From Azolla caroliniana (Eukaryota > Plantae > Polypodiophyta), in NCBI GenBank assembly GCA_043228905.1, contig JBHGNT010000016.1:9548001-9612000 (forward strand): a stretch of 64,000 nucleotides of DNA, read 5' to 3'. The notes beneath the pieces were generated by a model. The model was not told the origin of the DNA. It searched no databases and worked only from the letters and a program-made list of their open reading frames with translations. Of this stretch, positions 1 to 12,800 are shown piece after piece; position 1 is the first letter of the stretch, and each line of letters begins with the position of its first letter. Both the position numbers and the translations under genes were made by a program.

Positions 1-3000
1 GATTTGTCTTTATCATTACACTCACTGGGAAAAACTACGTATAAAACAAAATAGCGATAACAATATTTTTCTCATATAAAACAGGCTATTGAAACCATGT
101 GATCCTAGCCTCTCCTAGCTTCAATATTGCAGAATGAATGCTGAAGATACTTAATATAGACATAATACCTTTCAACACTAGCATGACTCCAACATTTACC
201 ACTCACTTCAACATCCATTGTGTACCTTGTGAATGATCATACAAGATGCAAAATATCATGATATCATCATTTGAGATTCGAAGTTTGCAAATTAGATAAT
301 GGTCAAGGAGCATTCGAGTTGATGGTTATTGATTGATATGTTTCCATTAGAACTCACATGATGCTTTCCAAGTGTATTCCTCGTTAGAAATTGTAGGTGG
401 TTTTCTTAAAAGTTTATATGTATCACGTGATTGTTTAACAAGGAAACCATTATGAATTATTCAAGTGGTATAAGTTTGGTACCATGCAACCTTTAAAAAA
501 GTTCTTGAAGCACACATGATAAGCGAAGGCATGATTTGTTGGAATATGGAGATAATTTTGATTCTCCGTTGATGCTATAAATGTGAATGAAGGTGAGATT
601 ATAATATCCAATTTTCCATTATAAGTATACTATAAACAAATAGTGAGCCATCAAATTTCCTTGCAAACAAATGTCGAAGAAAATGCTTTCCTCGTGTACA
701 TAGGGCTGAAATTTTGATATGAATGAATGTTCATCTTTCCTTAAATTTGGACAAACATATGATTCATCGCACTTTCTGAAAGAAGATCTAATTCTTATTG
801 CTTGCAAGTCATTTATGATTAGGTTCAATAATCAACCCAACACATCGTGCATATGGAGTTTTCCATTGGATATGGGAGAATTTATTGGATTTTTGTGCCC
901 CTTGGATTGGTGTGACACTGGACAAGTATGCCAATTCTCAGTTGTTCACATGGCTCTAAAGTTATTCGTTGTGGTCATACATTGATGCATGTGCTTTTAG
1001 TTTCTACATGTTTTTTGTGAGCGCATCAGGTGTGTCCTAAAACAAGAAAACATAAAAATCCACTAATAACACCTACCATCATGATATGGGTATATGGAAT
1101 TGAAGGGGTGTGTGTATATGTGACTATATTATTGAGACTTTATAGAAGGCGTGTATCAATTAATGTGTACTAATGTAGTTTGCTAAGTGTTTGGTTCAAA
1201 ACTATGTTGTGTTCAAATTATGATTATTAGTAATTACTAATCATTTTCACCCATTTTTATTTGTGTGTTTTGTAACGAATTTTTTGTGGTTTCTAAATAT
1301 TGTATTTGACCTATATCATGATATCATTAATCCATAATCCATTCATTATTGGCCCCTTCAGTTCAAGAATGTGTAGAGTTTGGCCCATAATGGTGACTAA
1401 CCCAAGAACCTTTTGATATACGTGTTTGAACGATTTCTATTATCTTTTGAAATTAAATACTTCCAATAAAAAAGACCAGGGTTGTATCAATGTTAATTTG
1501 TCATTTGCAACTCGCCAAATGTTTGGTTAAAGAGTATGTCCAATTCAGCAAATAATTGTTAACAAAGTATTATTTTGCTTTGTATCAACACGTCTTTCAA
1601 AGACTTGCATTTTTTGAAAGCGCATGCTTCCAATAAACAAGAATGGGGATGTACAAACAAGAAATTTGCTGATTTATGTACAAACTCATAACTAGATCAA
1701 TAAGGTTGTTCTCCTATGGTGGGCAAATCATCATCAGGGCCTCAATGGAACTACCAAGCACCCCACCCCGATGGTTGTTTCCCCCAATGGTTTCCATTAG
1801 TGACTAGGTGTTGTAAATATGTATAGATATGGTACAAATTACTAGGTTATAGGAGTTATTTGGATACTTTTGTTGAAAATGAGGTGGGGACTATGTCCAC
1901 TTTGGTGGGAAGGCCAGAGTGAGGGTTGATGAGAGGAATTTTTGGTGATCTGTGATGTAATTTGTTTGCTAACTAATGTGAAGTAGTGTTTTTTTGAAAA
2001 AAAAAAAAAAAAACTAGACCAATAAGTGTTCTACATTTATGCATAAACTCCAATAATGGACACTTGCAATTTACAAGATTGAGAAGCATCTAAACATTGA
2101 ATTAAGAAACTTGCATATTATTGGTAATAAAGAATGGAAATTTGGGAGGCTTAAATGATGCCCACCATAGTACGTAAAATTCGTGTTCGTCTGGCATAAC
2201 ATTCGTTTTCCTACGTTGGAAAACGAATACGAATGTTATTCAAACATTCTTGTGTTTTTTTCCCATTTTTTTAATGTATTTTTGTTTTTTTCCATTTTTA
2301 GGCTTATTTACCTCATAATAAATAGTTAATCCAAAATTATGGTATTTATCATTCTTTGAGGGTGTTTTTCTTACGCGAATGCACGTTTCAACCTCTTAGG
2401 TTGTGAAGTTTGCATTTAAAATATAGGCAAACTCTAGAGATAACATGTTAATAAATGGTTGCTACATGAGGAGTGATGAAGACAACTAGTTGATAGTCTA
2501 CACTTTAATATTCAAAATCCAATCCAATGCATTGTCTATCGGACATCTCATGCTACCTACATAAAGGTTTTCACAATATACTATTACTATATTAATGATG
2601 AGACAATTGTCAATCATGGTAATGAACAACAATGTTGACATTCACTACAAGATGAGTGTGATTAGAAACCAACTTTGATATAAAAGGTCAATAAACATAT
2701 AACGCAAGGCGAAGATGACAATAAAGGTTTGTATTGTTTAAAAGAACGTGTAATTGAAAAGCTAAGGACAAAACTAAAGTGGCGGCCTTTTATATAGTTA
2801 GTAATTATGTTGATGCCAAAACTGGATCAATGCACATATGTACATATTACAAAGCTAGGGAATGATGATTTAATGATCAAACTTTCTCATAACTTGAGAA
2901 GTTTTTGGAATTGTGTCTAGAATGGAATGAATAAATGGTGGTCAAATATTGAAGACATGTTTTGAGAAAATAGACATGACTAGGATCATTACCAAAATAG

Positions 3001-3909
3001 CGAACCAACTCCTAAGGCCTTTCACAATGTTCATTAAAAGAAACGAGAATCCATGACATAAGGTTTCACAATGATCTCATCATGTATCGAGATCAAGCAA
3101 CTTTTTCGGTTATTGCCTATGTAGACAGTGAGTGATATAACCTTTTTGAAAGCATGGTTTTAAGATAATGGACATACATACAATAGGCAAGAAAAATGTC
3201 AATGCAATGAATGATTCAATGGAGGAGGTGTGAGGGCGAGAGAGTGATGGAGAAAGCAATCCGTGATTCAAGAGTGGAGATTATAATACACCCATCATTT
3301 CTTACCATATCGAGAGATCGTGAAACATGTACATGAGTAGAAAGAAGCCAATGCCCCAAGGTAAACTTAGAGTATGTATGAAGAAGCCAAACATAAAATG
3401 TGTTTTGACAGAGTAGAGATTACCACACATTGCTTGGCCTTCACCATATTACTTCCAAATCATGCAAAGAAAGGAATGGGAAGCTTTACACCAACCCACC
3501 CTTCACGCAAAAATAAGTAAGTATGTAGTTACTAGTATGTACATATGTATATATGTTAAATGTATGCAGGAAGGAGGAGGTGCCAGGAAGCTTAGCATAT
3601 AAATAAAATAAAACGTATTATTTTCACGAGGACGTTGAAAACAAATACCCAAAAAGAAAAGAAAAGAAAAGAAAAGAAAAGGCAACTCTCCGAAGTGAAA
3701 GTGTGGGGGAAAGGAAAAGGGGTCATTCTGTTTTGCGCGCTTTCCTTTTTCGTATGTATGATTATTTTGCGTAAAACGATCGCGAAAACTCTGCAAAATC
3801 TCCCGAACAAACAAACGGAAAGAAGAAGAGGATGATGAATCACTGGATATGGCACCTACCTCCCCCTTCCTCCCCCTCCTCCCCTCTATAATAATATCCA
3901 TCTATCGTT

Positions 3910-5424
<1,515 letters not shown>

Positions 5425-6465
5425 TGACAGACCAAGCTTTTTATTGGAAGCTTCTTCTAACTAACTCCGTTTCTGCTTTGCTTTTTTCTTTATATGTACA
5501 TATGTATGTATCTCTGAATGGTATACAAAATATACATAAGGCATATATGCATATATTTGCGCTAATTTCCATTCCATAACTGATTTTTAAAGCTTCAGTG
5601 TGCCAGTAATTCCCTGGACACATTCTTTTTTCTGGATTCACCGATCTCTAAATTTGGTCCAGCATGGATGGATGGATAGATGGATGGATGCGTGACCCCC
5701 CTTGTTCCGCGTGATTTATTCATATGATGGTTGTTGGTGTGACTTAAGAGTTTTTATCAGCCGTTTCTTCTCTTTTCCCTTCCCTTCCCTTTGGATGAAA
5801 CGCCCCCATTTTGGGTAATGTCACGAGTCGTGAGCACTATGTATGTACTCACGACAGACGAAGTCAAATAAGTGGGTGACTTTGGATTAAATAAATGAAA
5901 AGAAAAGGGAGATGCGCGAAACTCCACTAGCAAAAGTCTCGATCATGGATGGCATGACGACTTCTCTTTTATGGGAACACTAGTTACGATTGTGCCGCCT
6001 GCACACACCATCAAATATAATTTTGAGCTTGACATTTCTTTCATAAGTGCGCTACATTTTTCTTTCCTTTCCTTCAAATGATGGTGTTTATGAACATTTG
6101 AACACAATAGCTCCATGGTTAATTGTTTTGGAGGAGGTTGTTCCCTTTATTCATGGTCCAAATTCAATTAATGATCTTTATTAAGTTTTAAGGCAAAAAA
6201 CAACCATAAAAAAGAAGAGAAAGACGGATGTTGCAATTGAAGTAAAATGACATTGCAACAACAGATTTAACTTCACAAACTTCATGCATTTGCATTAGAA
6301 TTTGTGCATCTGAACCTCTATGTTAGGCACTGGGCCTCTGAATAATCAATATGGAGGTTGGACATCTTAAACCCTAGTGCCTTCAACTTTGGGCAACGAA
6401 AAACAATGACCAATGACCTATTAAGTTCTTGTGGCTTTTTGCACCCTCCTTTTCATCACCGAGAT

Positions 6466-7282
6466 CAGGGCCTAAATTGGTCGGGTTAGTATCAAAGATT
6501 TTTTCACAGGCATTTTTTGAAGATGTATGTCATATGACATAAGATTGCAAAAACTAACATGTCATTTGATATACAAAATTTAAAAATGAAAAGCTCTATC
6601 TAATGCTACATTGTTATAGATGTCATTACTATAACACAAAGATACACAAATTAGCATAACTACCTCTCAAAGATAATGAAATACATAAAATAAATATCGT
6701 GTTAATGTTTTTACTATTAAGTATGAAGAAAAGGTTATTTTTTTGGAAAAAAACAGAGGTTTTTTTTGAAAAAAAAGTGGTTATTTTTGGAAAAACATGG
6801 TTATTGTTCTATTAAAAAAGGTTACTTTATCGAAAAAAATGGTTAGTAAAAAATTAAGGTTTAACTTAAAACTTAAAACATTAAAATCAAACTTAGAGTT
6901 TACACTCTTAGATTATTTAATAAAGGTTATTGTTTAAAATTTCAATCGAATTTAAACTAATATTATTAGTAAAGAGCAAAGGTTTGAAAATATATATCAT
7001 TATTACATGATGATGATATTATTTTAAGCATGTTATAAAAAAGCATATAATATAAATATATTATTATACACGATAGTATATACATATATTTATATGACAA
7101 TACGTGTCATATATATAATATATATGACATGGAAAATAGAATTTTAGCATGTCATTTGACATGTATAATTTTAGGGGCTTTTGACATGAAAGTGAAAATT
7201 GAAACTTTGTATGTCACTTGATGGGCATTTTTATTAAGTGCATGTTTTTGACAAGCATGAAACTCGTCAAATTTTTGCCCTG
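6466..7282. mobile_element. Non-autonomous hAT-like DNA transposon (MITE-type), about 817 bp
   Basis: Imperfect TIRs: CAGGGCCTAAATTGGTCGGGTT on the left, reverse complement CAGGGCAAAAATTTGACGAGTT on the right. Flanks ACCGAGAT/ATAGAGAT match at 6 of 8, consistent with a decayed 8-bp TSD. Clustered TGTCA/TGACA subterminal motifs at both ends and an AT-rich non-coding interior. Confidence 0.65.
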
Positions 7283-8194
7283 ATAGAGATGGGCCCCTTC
7301 AATCAAAGTTCAATGCATATTGTTGCCTTCAATTTGGGAGTAAACTTTCAATTTATATTATAGATATTATAGAAGTTCTTGTAAACTTTATTACTAAGTT
7401 CTAATATGATACAATCCATGTTTTAATTGTCCAAGAGGAGGCCAATTTTGACTTGGGCAACCAAATAAACATTCTATGTGACTCCTTAAGAATAAGGGTT
7501 ACTACTCTATGTGAAAATAATGCACAAATATATGTGCTCTATTACGCCTATATTTTATGGGGGTCCTTAAAACCACAAAGAAACACGATTGGGACACAAA
7601 ACATACTCATATATCATATTAACAAGAAAAACTTACAACAATCCCAAATTGGGACAAACCTAAATCCAAAACTCAGAGTTAGGACAAGTCGACATTGAGT
7701 CTGGACTGAGTCTGGACAACTCCCAAAACCACCAAAGGAGAGAAAAAGCACTACATGCTCCTTAAAGCTAAAATGGTGTGAATGAGAATGAGAAAGTGGG
7801 AATTAGAAAATGGTTATGAATGAAGAGTGATCCTCCTTATATAGGCCAAAGATGGTCATTGAAAATGCCGGCGATCGTAGTTCTACATCTGATTTTGTAT
7901 TTTCATTGGGAACTCAAGGAAATCCTCTTGGAGCAATCTCCATTGAGTCGTATTTCTTACAAATACAAAATTTCCTTAATTCAACCGCTCATCATATGTC
8001 CGAACTTTGGCAATCTCAAAGTGCTCTCGAGGCATGTGTCATTAGTTTACAATGTGACACTAATAGACCCGATGAGCATCACGGTGAACCATCATTTGTC
8101 GTAAAGCCATTTATGGGAGAGAATAAAGGAAAGAATCGAAGAAGCAATCTGCACGTGGCTGGGCCGATGGAAGTTTCATTTTGAGGTCTATCCC

Positions 8195-8810
8195 ATGCTA
8201 GATAGTACAAATATTGCATATGTCGGCCGAGAACTAGGGGGTAAGGCCGCCACTTGGTGGCGTGGGCACCGAACTTTGGGGAAATTGCCCGATACTTGGA
8301 TAGATTTTGTCACAGTTTTTAAGGGCCAATTTCTGCAACCTCCCTCTCGAACCGAGGCAGTGCAAGCTTTAATGAACCTCTCTAGCATGAAGTTTTCCTC
8401 GCTAGAAGACTATGTCCACCATACTGGAACCTAAATCCAAAAATTGGGTCTAGAAGGGGACAATTGGTTAATAACTTGTTTTGTCAATCGCATCCCCAAT
8501 TCGGACTATCATTGGATAGTGCACGATAAGGATCCAAAATCCTTTGAAGAGGCCATTGAAATAGTTCTTCGCTATCAACGCACGTTGAAGGACCATAACA
8601 AACCCAACAAAGCGCCCGGGACTAAGCAGTCACAATTCACTAGGAAACTCAAGACACCCATCGAATTCATGGATCGCGATTATAAGCGACAACATCCTTT
8701 TTGCGTATTCTTAAAAAAGAAGGGTCATACAAAAGAACAATGTCAAAAGCTCCAATGGAAAGAGCACGACAACAAAGCAAAAGTTGCAGATCATAAAGGT
8801 CAGATTCCTA
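8195..8810 (+). pseudogene. gag of gypsy A (capsid and zinc-knuckle region), with an in-frame stop
   Basis: LGGKAATWW...TWIDFVTVFKGQF retrotransposon gag motif and a degenerate C..C...GH...C knuckle. The frame continues as GQIP-NVLEVYTH after removing the DNA transposon. Confidence 0.75.
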
Positions 8811-8845
8811 ACACGTTCGCGTTCACAAGTGGAAGGATCGCGCAT
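8811..8845. repeat. Left terminal inverted repeat of the DNA transposon
   Basis: ACACGTTCGCGTTCACAAGTGGAAGGATCGCGCAT; reverse complement of 14671-14705 with one mismatch. Confidence 0.92.
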
Positions 8846-9167
8846 AAATGGAAGGATAAGGGAAATTTTAGGGGTTTTTCAATGATTTTACAAAACACAT
8901 TGATACCAGTATCATACAAGTTCAAACATACTATGAAAAAGGTTAAAAATCCACTATTTTCGTGATTTAGAAGTAACTAAAAAAAGACGAATTTCAAAAA
9001 CATACATTCTCAATTTATATCACAAACATTACAACCAATGTTATTTTATAAGAAACGATTTTTTAGAAATCATAAGAATTCAAAATACATGATTTTATAT
9101 TACTCGATTTGTTACAAGCGGAATGTAGTTACACGTAATAGCCAAATATACATTCATGATCACTCCT

Positions 9168-11948
9168 TTACGGAGAATCACTACTATAACTAATATACAA
9201 TGACGATTCCTCCTCCTCATCCTCGGATGTACCAATCAGTGCATTATCTTCGTCATAAACCAAATGGTTTGACTCTAGATTATATGTAGCAGATCTCGTT
9301 TGCCTTTGACTCGAGCCACCTTGTAGACCTGGTAATTTTTCTTTTATTATATCTATTGTTGACTTCCTTAATCGTCCGGCTTTTGTAAGCGTGAAGTCGT
9401 ACACGATGATATCCACATCAGAGATATCAAGGGTCGAGGTGTTACGAATGTTTCGCTTCCTCTTCCTACCTCCCCTTCTTGTTTGGCATTCAATCATCTC
9501 CAATGTATACTTACCTGTAAAAGCATTTGCACTTCTAGTGTTGTACCAATGAACATTTATAGACTTGATCGTGTTTTCTATTTCATGCATTAGCACTTCT
9601 AGAATTTTACCAACCCAAAATTGGTGGCCATGTGAGTTCTCATCAGCCGGCGTTGCAATCAACATCCCCGCGGTGAGCTCTTGCAAATTTCCTTGCCATC
9701 TAGCTTCGGCTGCTTTCGTCATCCTTGGTCCCACATAAATGTCTCTTTGTTGTGGATGGACCAAGCTGTCATTAATCGCATTTACTAGTTGCTCCGGACT
9801 TCTATTTACGCGATCATGTTGCAGCGACCATGTGAATGGCGTTTCCAAATTCCAATTATCAACAGATACACAATTGTCTATAATTTCTTTCTGATCACTA
9901 TAAAATACATCCCGCCATGACGTGTCTTGTTGTGCGGCATATTTCTTGGCGGCCTCAATATGCTTTCTTTTTTCTTCTAAGGCTTGGACCCATGACCGTT
10001 TTTGTTCTGATACCAAGTCGCTCTGCAGCTGTCCTTTCTTCTCAATTGGCATTTGCTTAACTCCATGGACAATTGTACTCGGCATACAAAGTAATAACTG
10101 GCAACCACCTTCAGGTTCCCATGTTGTAGAAGATGAATATTGTTTAGCATACAAAAGTGTAGAACCACTTATTCCATTTTTCTTTATCAAAAAAATGTGA
10201 TTGAAACTTATATTGTTCAACTGAGCAAGCACTTTAACATTCCCACCACCCCCATCTAATATATATCTCTTAAAGTCATATACCTCCTTCAAGTGTAACA
10301 CTTTTGGGCGTGGTGTATAAGCATCACAAATGACATCAAATAGTTTAGGTAAAGTGAAAGCATCATGCCGAGACAACTGTCTGGAGAATGTGCTAAACAT
10401 CTGATCTATATGGTCATGTGTGTGGCCAACCAAAAGGAAATTGACTTTCACTTTCCTAAACAATTCTAGGTTGACCAACATACTTAGATAGCCAAATACA
10501 GTTGAATTTTTGTTCTCTCTAGCAGTATTGTCCAATTGAATGTATAGAACAGGGGGGAAAGGTTGTCCCCAAGACATCAAAACTCGGTGAATCACTGTAA
10601 CTGTTAGGTTAGGGTCATTGTGAACATTGGGGTAAGTAATGAAGACGTGAGGTCGAACAGACCTATTATAAGCCAAGCATCCCACCAAGTGCATTTGAAC
10701 AAGGCACTCATCATTGACATCTTTGGGGAGCCTCTGCATATGCGGCAAGCATGTCTTCTTCTGGTCCATGCCATCTATCATTAAGCACATGTATTGTTCG
10801 GGCCTCTTCAAACACTTCTCTCTATGATGCATCGCCTTCCTTCGTTCTAAGGATTGTTCCTCACGATGCTCTTGTAGTAACTTCTTACTCGTATCCTTTT
10901 CCATTGATGTCTTTGCACCTTTAGCCAAACTTTTAAGATTTGCACAAATGGAGCAATACCCCATACGTACTTTACGAGGAATAATAACATTTGAAAACCG
11001 AGCTCTCCATAATCTTGTGAATTGGCTATAGGTGATAGACTTATTACGTGAGCCCAGCATATCAGATCGATAGACATCATAAACTTCCTGACGTGTATAA
11101 TTATCAGAAAGATGCATCCTACCTGTAGTGGGCATTACTTCACAATTTAACTGAAAGTAAGTTTTCATCCAGCCAATAGCTAGTCTTCCAATTGCACCTT
11201 TCATACTTGGAACCTCTTTACAATTGAGCATCTGATCCCTGCTAAGTAGACGTTGTTGTACTCTATGTAGCCACATGTTACTAACACATAACGCAATTTT
11301 GAATGCCACTCTACATATCTGTTGCGCATGGAAGATATAATACTCGAATGATACTTTGATCCCCGTACATTTGTCAGATACTAGTTGCATATGTGACCCG
11401 AGGTAAGTGTCTTGCTCATCACCGGTCATCGAAAAATAGTATCGTCTTAATTCTCGCAACTTTGATTTTCCAATCATAGACATACAACCACGGGCACAAC
11501 ATATTTTGTTGACATCAAATCCAATCTGTTTATCTGATGTCACCAAGCTAAATCTAGCCAGACGAATTCTTCGTGGGATTCTTCTAATATGCATAGGGCT
11601 CCCAGATTTCTCTTCCTGCATAGAGGTTGGTGTAACCTTGTTACAGTCTAATTCTCTGTTGTGACCATCGCCAATGTTATTCAATGTTTCCTGGGCACTT
11701 CCTTCATTCTCGGTATCTTTATTAATATCGTATTCTTCAATAGAGAACTCTTCACATGTGTCATTATTTACATTCCCTGTAGATGAGCTCAGACAATATT
11801 CTTCGATAGAATATGGTGAGTCGGTCGACAGACAATATTCTTCAATCGAATATGGTGACTCTGTTGACAAACAATACTCTTCAGTAGAAAACGATGGGTC
11901 TGATGACAAACAATATTCTTCAATCGAGAACGGTGAATCTTCACTCAT
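9168..11948 (-). CDS. Putative transposase, 926 aa, RNase H-like DDD core (Sola-like; resembles DUF7869-type proteins)
   Basis: Uninterrupted ORF between the TIRs. Candidate catalytic motifs IDGMDQKK, LYIQLDNTARENKN and FLLVGHTHDHIDQMFS. Cys clusters CCARGC and CSIC, and a basic NLS-like RRGGRKRKR. Superfamily assignment is from motif recall only. Confidence 0.8.
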   Translation of the reverse strand: MSEDSPFSIEEYCLSSDPSFSTEEYCLSTESPYSIEEYCLSTDSPYSIEEYCLSSSTGNVNNDTCEEFSIEEYDINKDTENEGSAQETLNNIGDGHNRELDCNKVTPTSMQEEKSGSPMHIRRIPRRIRLARFSLVTSDKQIGFDVNKICCARGCMSMIGKSKLRELRRYYFSMTGDEQDTYLGSHMQLVSDKCTGIKVSFEYYIFHAQQICRVAFKIALCVSNMWLHRVQQRLLSRDQMLNCKEVPSMKGAIGRLAIGWMKTYFQLNCEVMPTTGRMHLSDNYTRQEVYDVYRSDMLGSRNKSITYSQFTRLWRARFSNVIIPRKVRMGYCSICANLKSLAKGAKTSMEKDTSKKLLQEHREEQSLERRKAMHHREKCLKRPEQYMCLMIDGMDQKKTCLPHMQRLPKDVNDECLVQMHLVGCLAYNRSVRPHVFITYPNVHNDPNLTVTVIHRVLMSWGQPFPPVLYIQLDNTARENKNSTVFGYLSMLVNLELFRKVKVNFLLVGHTHDHIDQMFSTFSRQLSRHDAFTLPKLFDVICDAYTPRPKVLHLKEVYDFKRYILDGGGGNVKVLAQLNNISFNHIFLIKKNGISGSTLLYAKQYSSSTTWEPEGGCQLLLCMPSTIVHGVKQMPIEKKGQLQSDLVSEQKRSWVQALEEKRKHIEAAKKYAAQQDTSWRDVFYSDQKEIIDNCVSVDNWNLETPFTWSLQHDRVNRSPEQLVNAINDSLVHPQQRDIYVGPRMTKAAEARWQGNLQELTAGMLIATPADENSHGHQFWVGKILEVLMHEIENTIKSINVHWYNTRSANAFTGKYTLEMIECQTRRGGRKRKRNIRNTSTLDISDVDIIVYDFTLTKAGRLRKSTIDIIKEKLPGLQGGSSQRQTRSATYNLESNHLVYDEDNALIGTSEDEEEESSLYISYSSDSP

Positions 11949-12649
11949 GGCTTAAGGTCTAGATAGGGCTCTCTAAGTTATGTGCTTAGGGTAAGGAAAA
12001 AAACTAATAAGCTCCTCTCTAAACATATACTCCTCTCTAAACATAAACTTCTCTCTAAACAAAAGCCAAATGAATAGAATGTCTATATTATGTAATATTC
12101 TATTAATACAATACATCAAAAAATTATTTTTAATAAAGTAATTGTACTTAAAATATCAATTATTATATAAACTGGATCTATATGAAGTTAAATCAAGTAA
12201 AATATAAAACTAATCATTAACAAGCCATGAATATGTTGGATTAATGTTAAAATCATTGGCTAATTAATGGCACCCATTTTGATATAGAACGTCTCAATCA
12301 TTGGTTCTTTAATGCTCACCATTTTAAATATTAGACTTATCAATCATTGGTTAATTCATGCCAACATCTTTAATACATAGCATTTGAGAGTCATAAAATT
12401 TGTTGCTTTTAGTAATCAATCATTGGTACATTCATGAACCTCTATCATTGTCTCCTTCATAACCTTTGAAGTCATTGTAGGTTGTTATGACTATAAAAGA
12501 TTGATCAATATGTTAGTTTGACTTTGTAATCATTAATACAATCATAAGTTACTATAGTTAATGTGACTATGGTTACCAACTAACTATCCTCAAAGTTACC
12601 AACCTTGGTTAAGGTGACTATGGTTACTTTAACCAATGTGTTCAATCCC

Positions 12650-12657
12650 TATAAATA
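12650..12657 (+). promoter_or_regulatory. Candidate TATA box (TATAAATA) of a second transposon transcription unit
   Basis: CCAAT at 12633 and CCTATAAATAGG, followed about 30 bp later by a CA-rich leader and an ATG at 12801. Confidence 0.4.
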
Positions 12658-12800
12658 GGAAGACCTCGTCATATTTCACTCACCAGAGCGTACAGAGCGT
12701 ACAGAGCACACAGAACGTAGAGAGCACACAGAGCACACAAAGCACACAGAGCACAAAGCACGAAAGCGCGATCTCCGCCTCCACTTCCACACGATCAACG

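Noticed and set aside
1-3500. AT-rich region with short ORFs and possible decayed DNA-transposon remnants
   Set aside because: No recognisable motif, TIR pair or TSD could be supported by eye.
3503-3901. Short ORFs upstream of the glycosyltransferase
   Set aside because: Low-complexity promoter/UTR sequence (GAAAA and CCT runs) with no coding signature.
7430-7865. 5' LTR of gypsy A
   Set aside because: No similarity to the LTR at 28936. It may be an unrelated LTR fragment, but its ends cannot be defined.
8444-8965. 173-aa standalone gene
   Set aside because: Chimera of gypsy gag and read-through into the transposon TIR.
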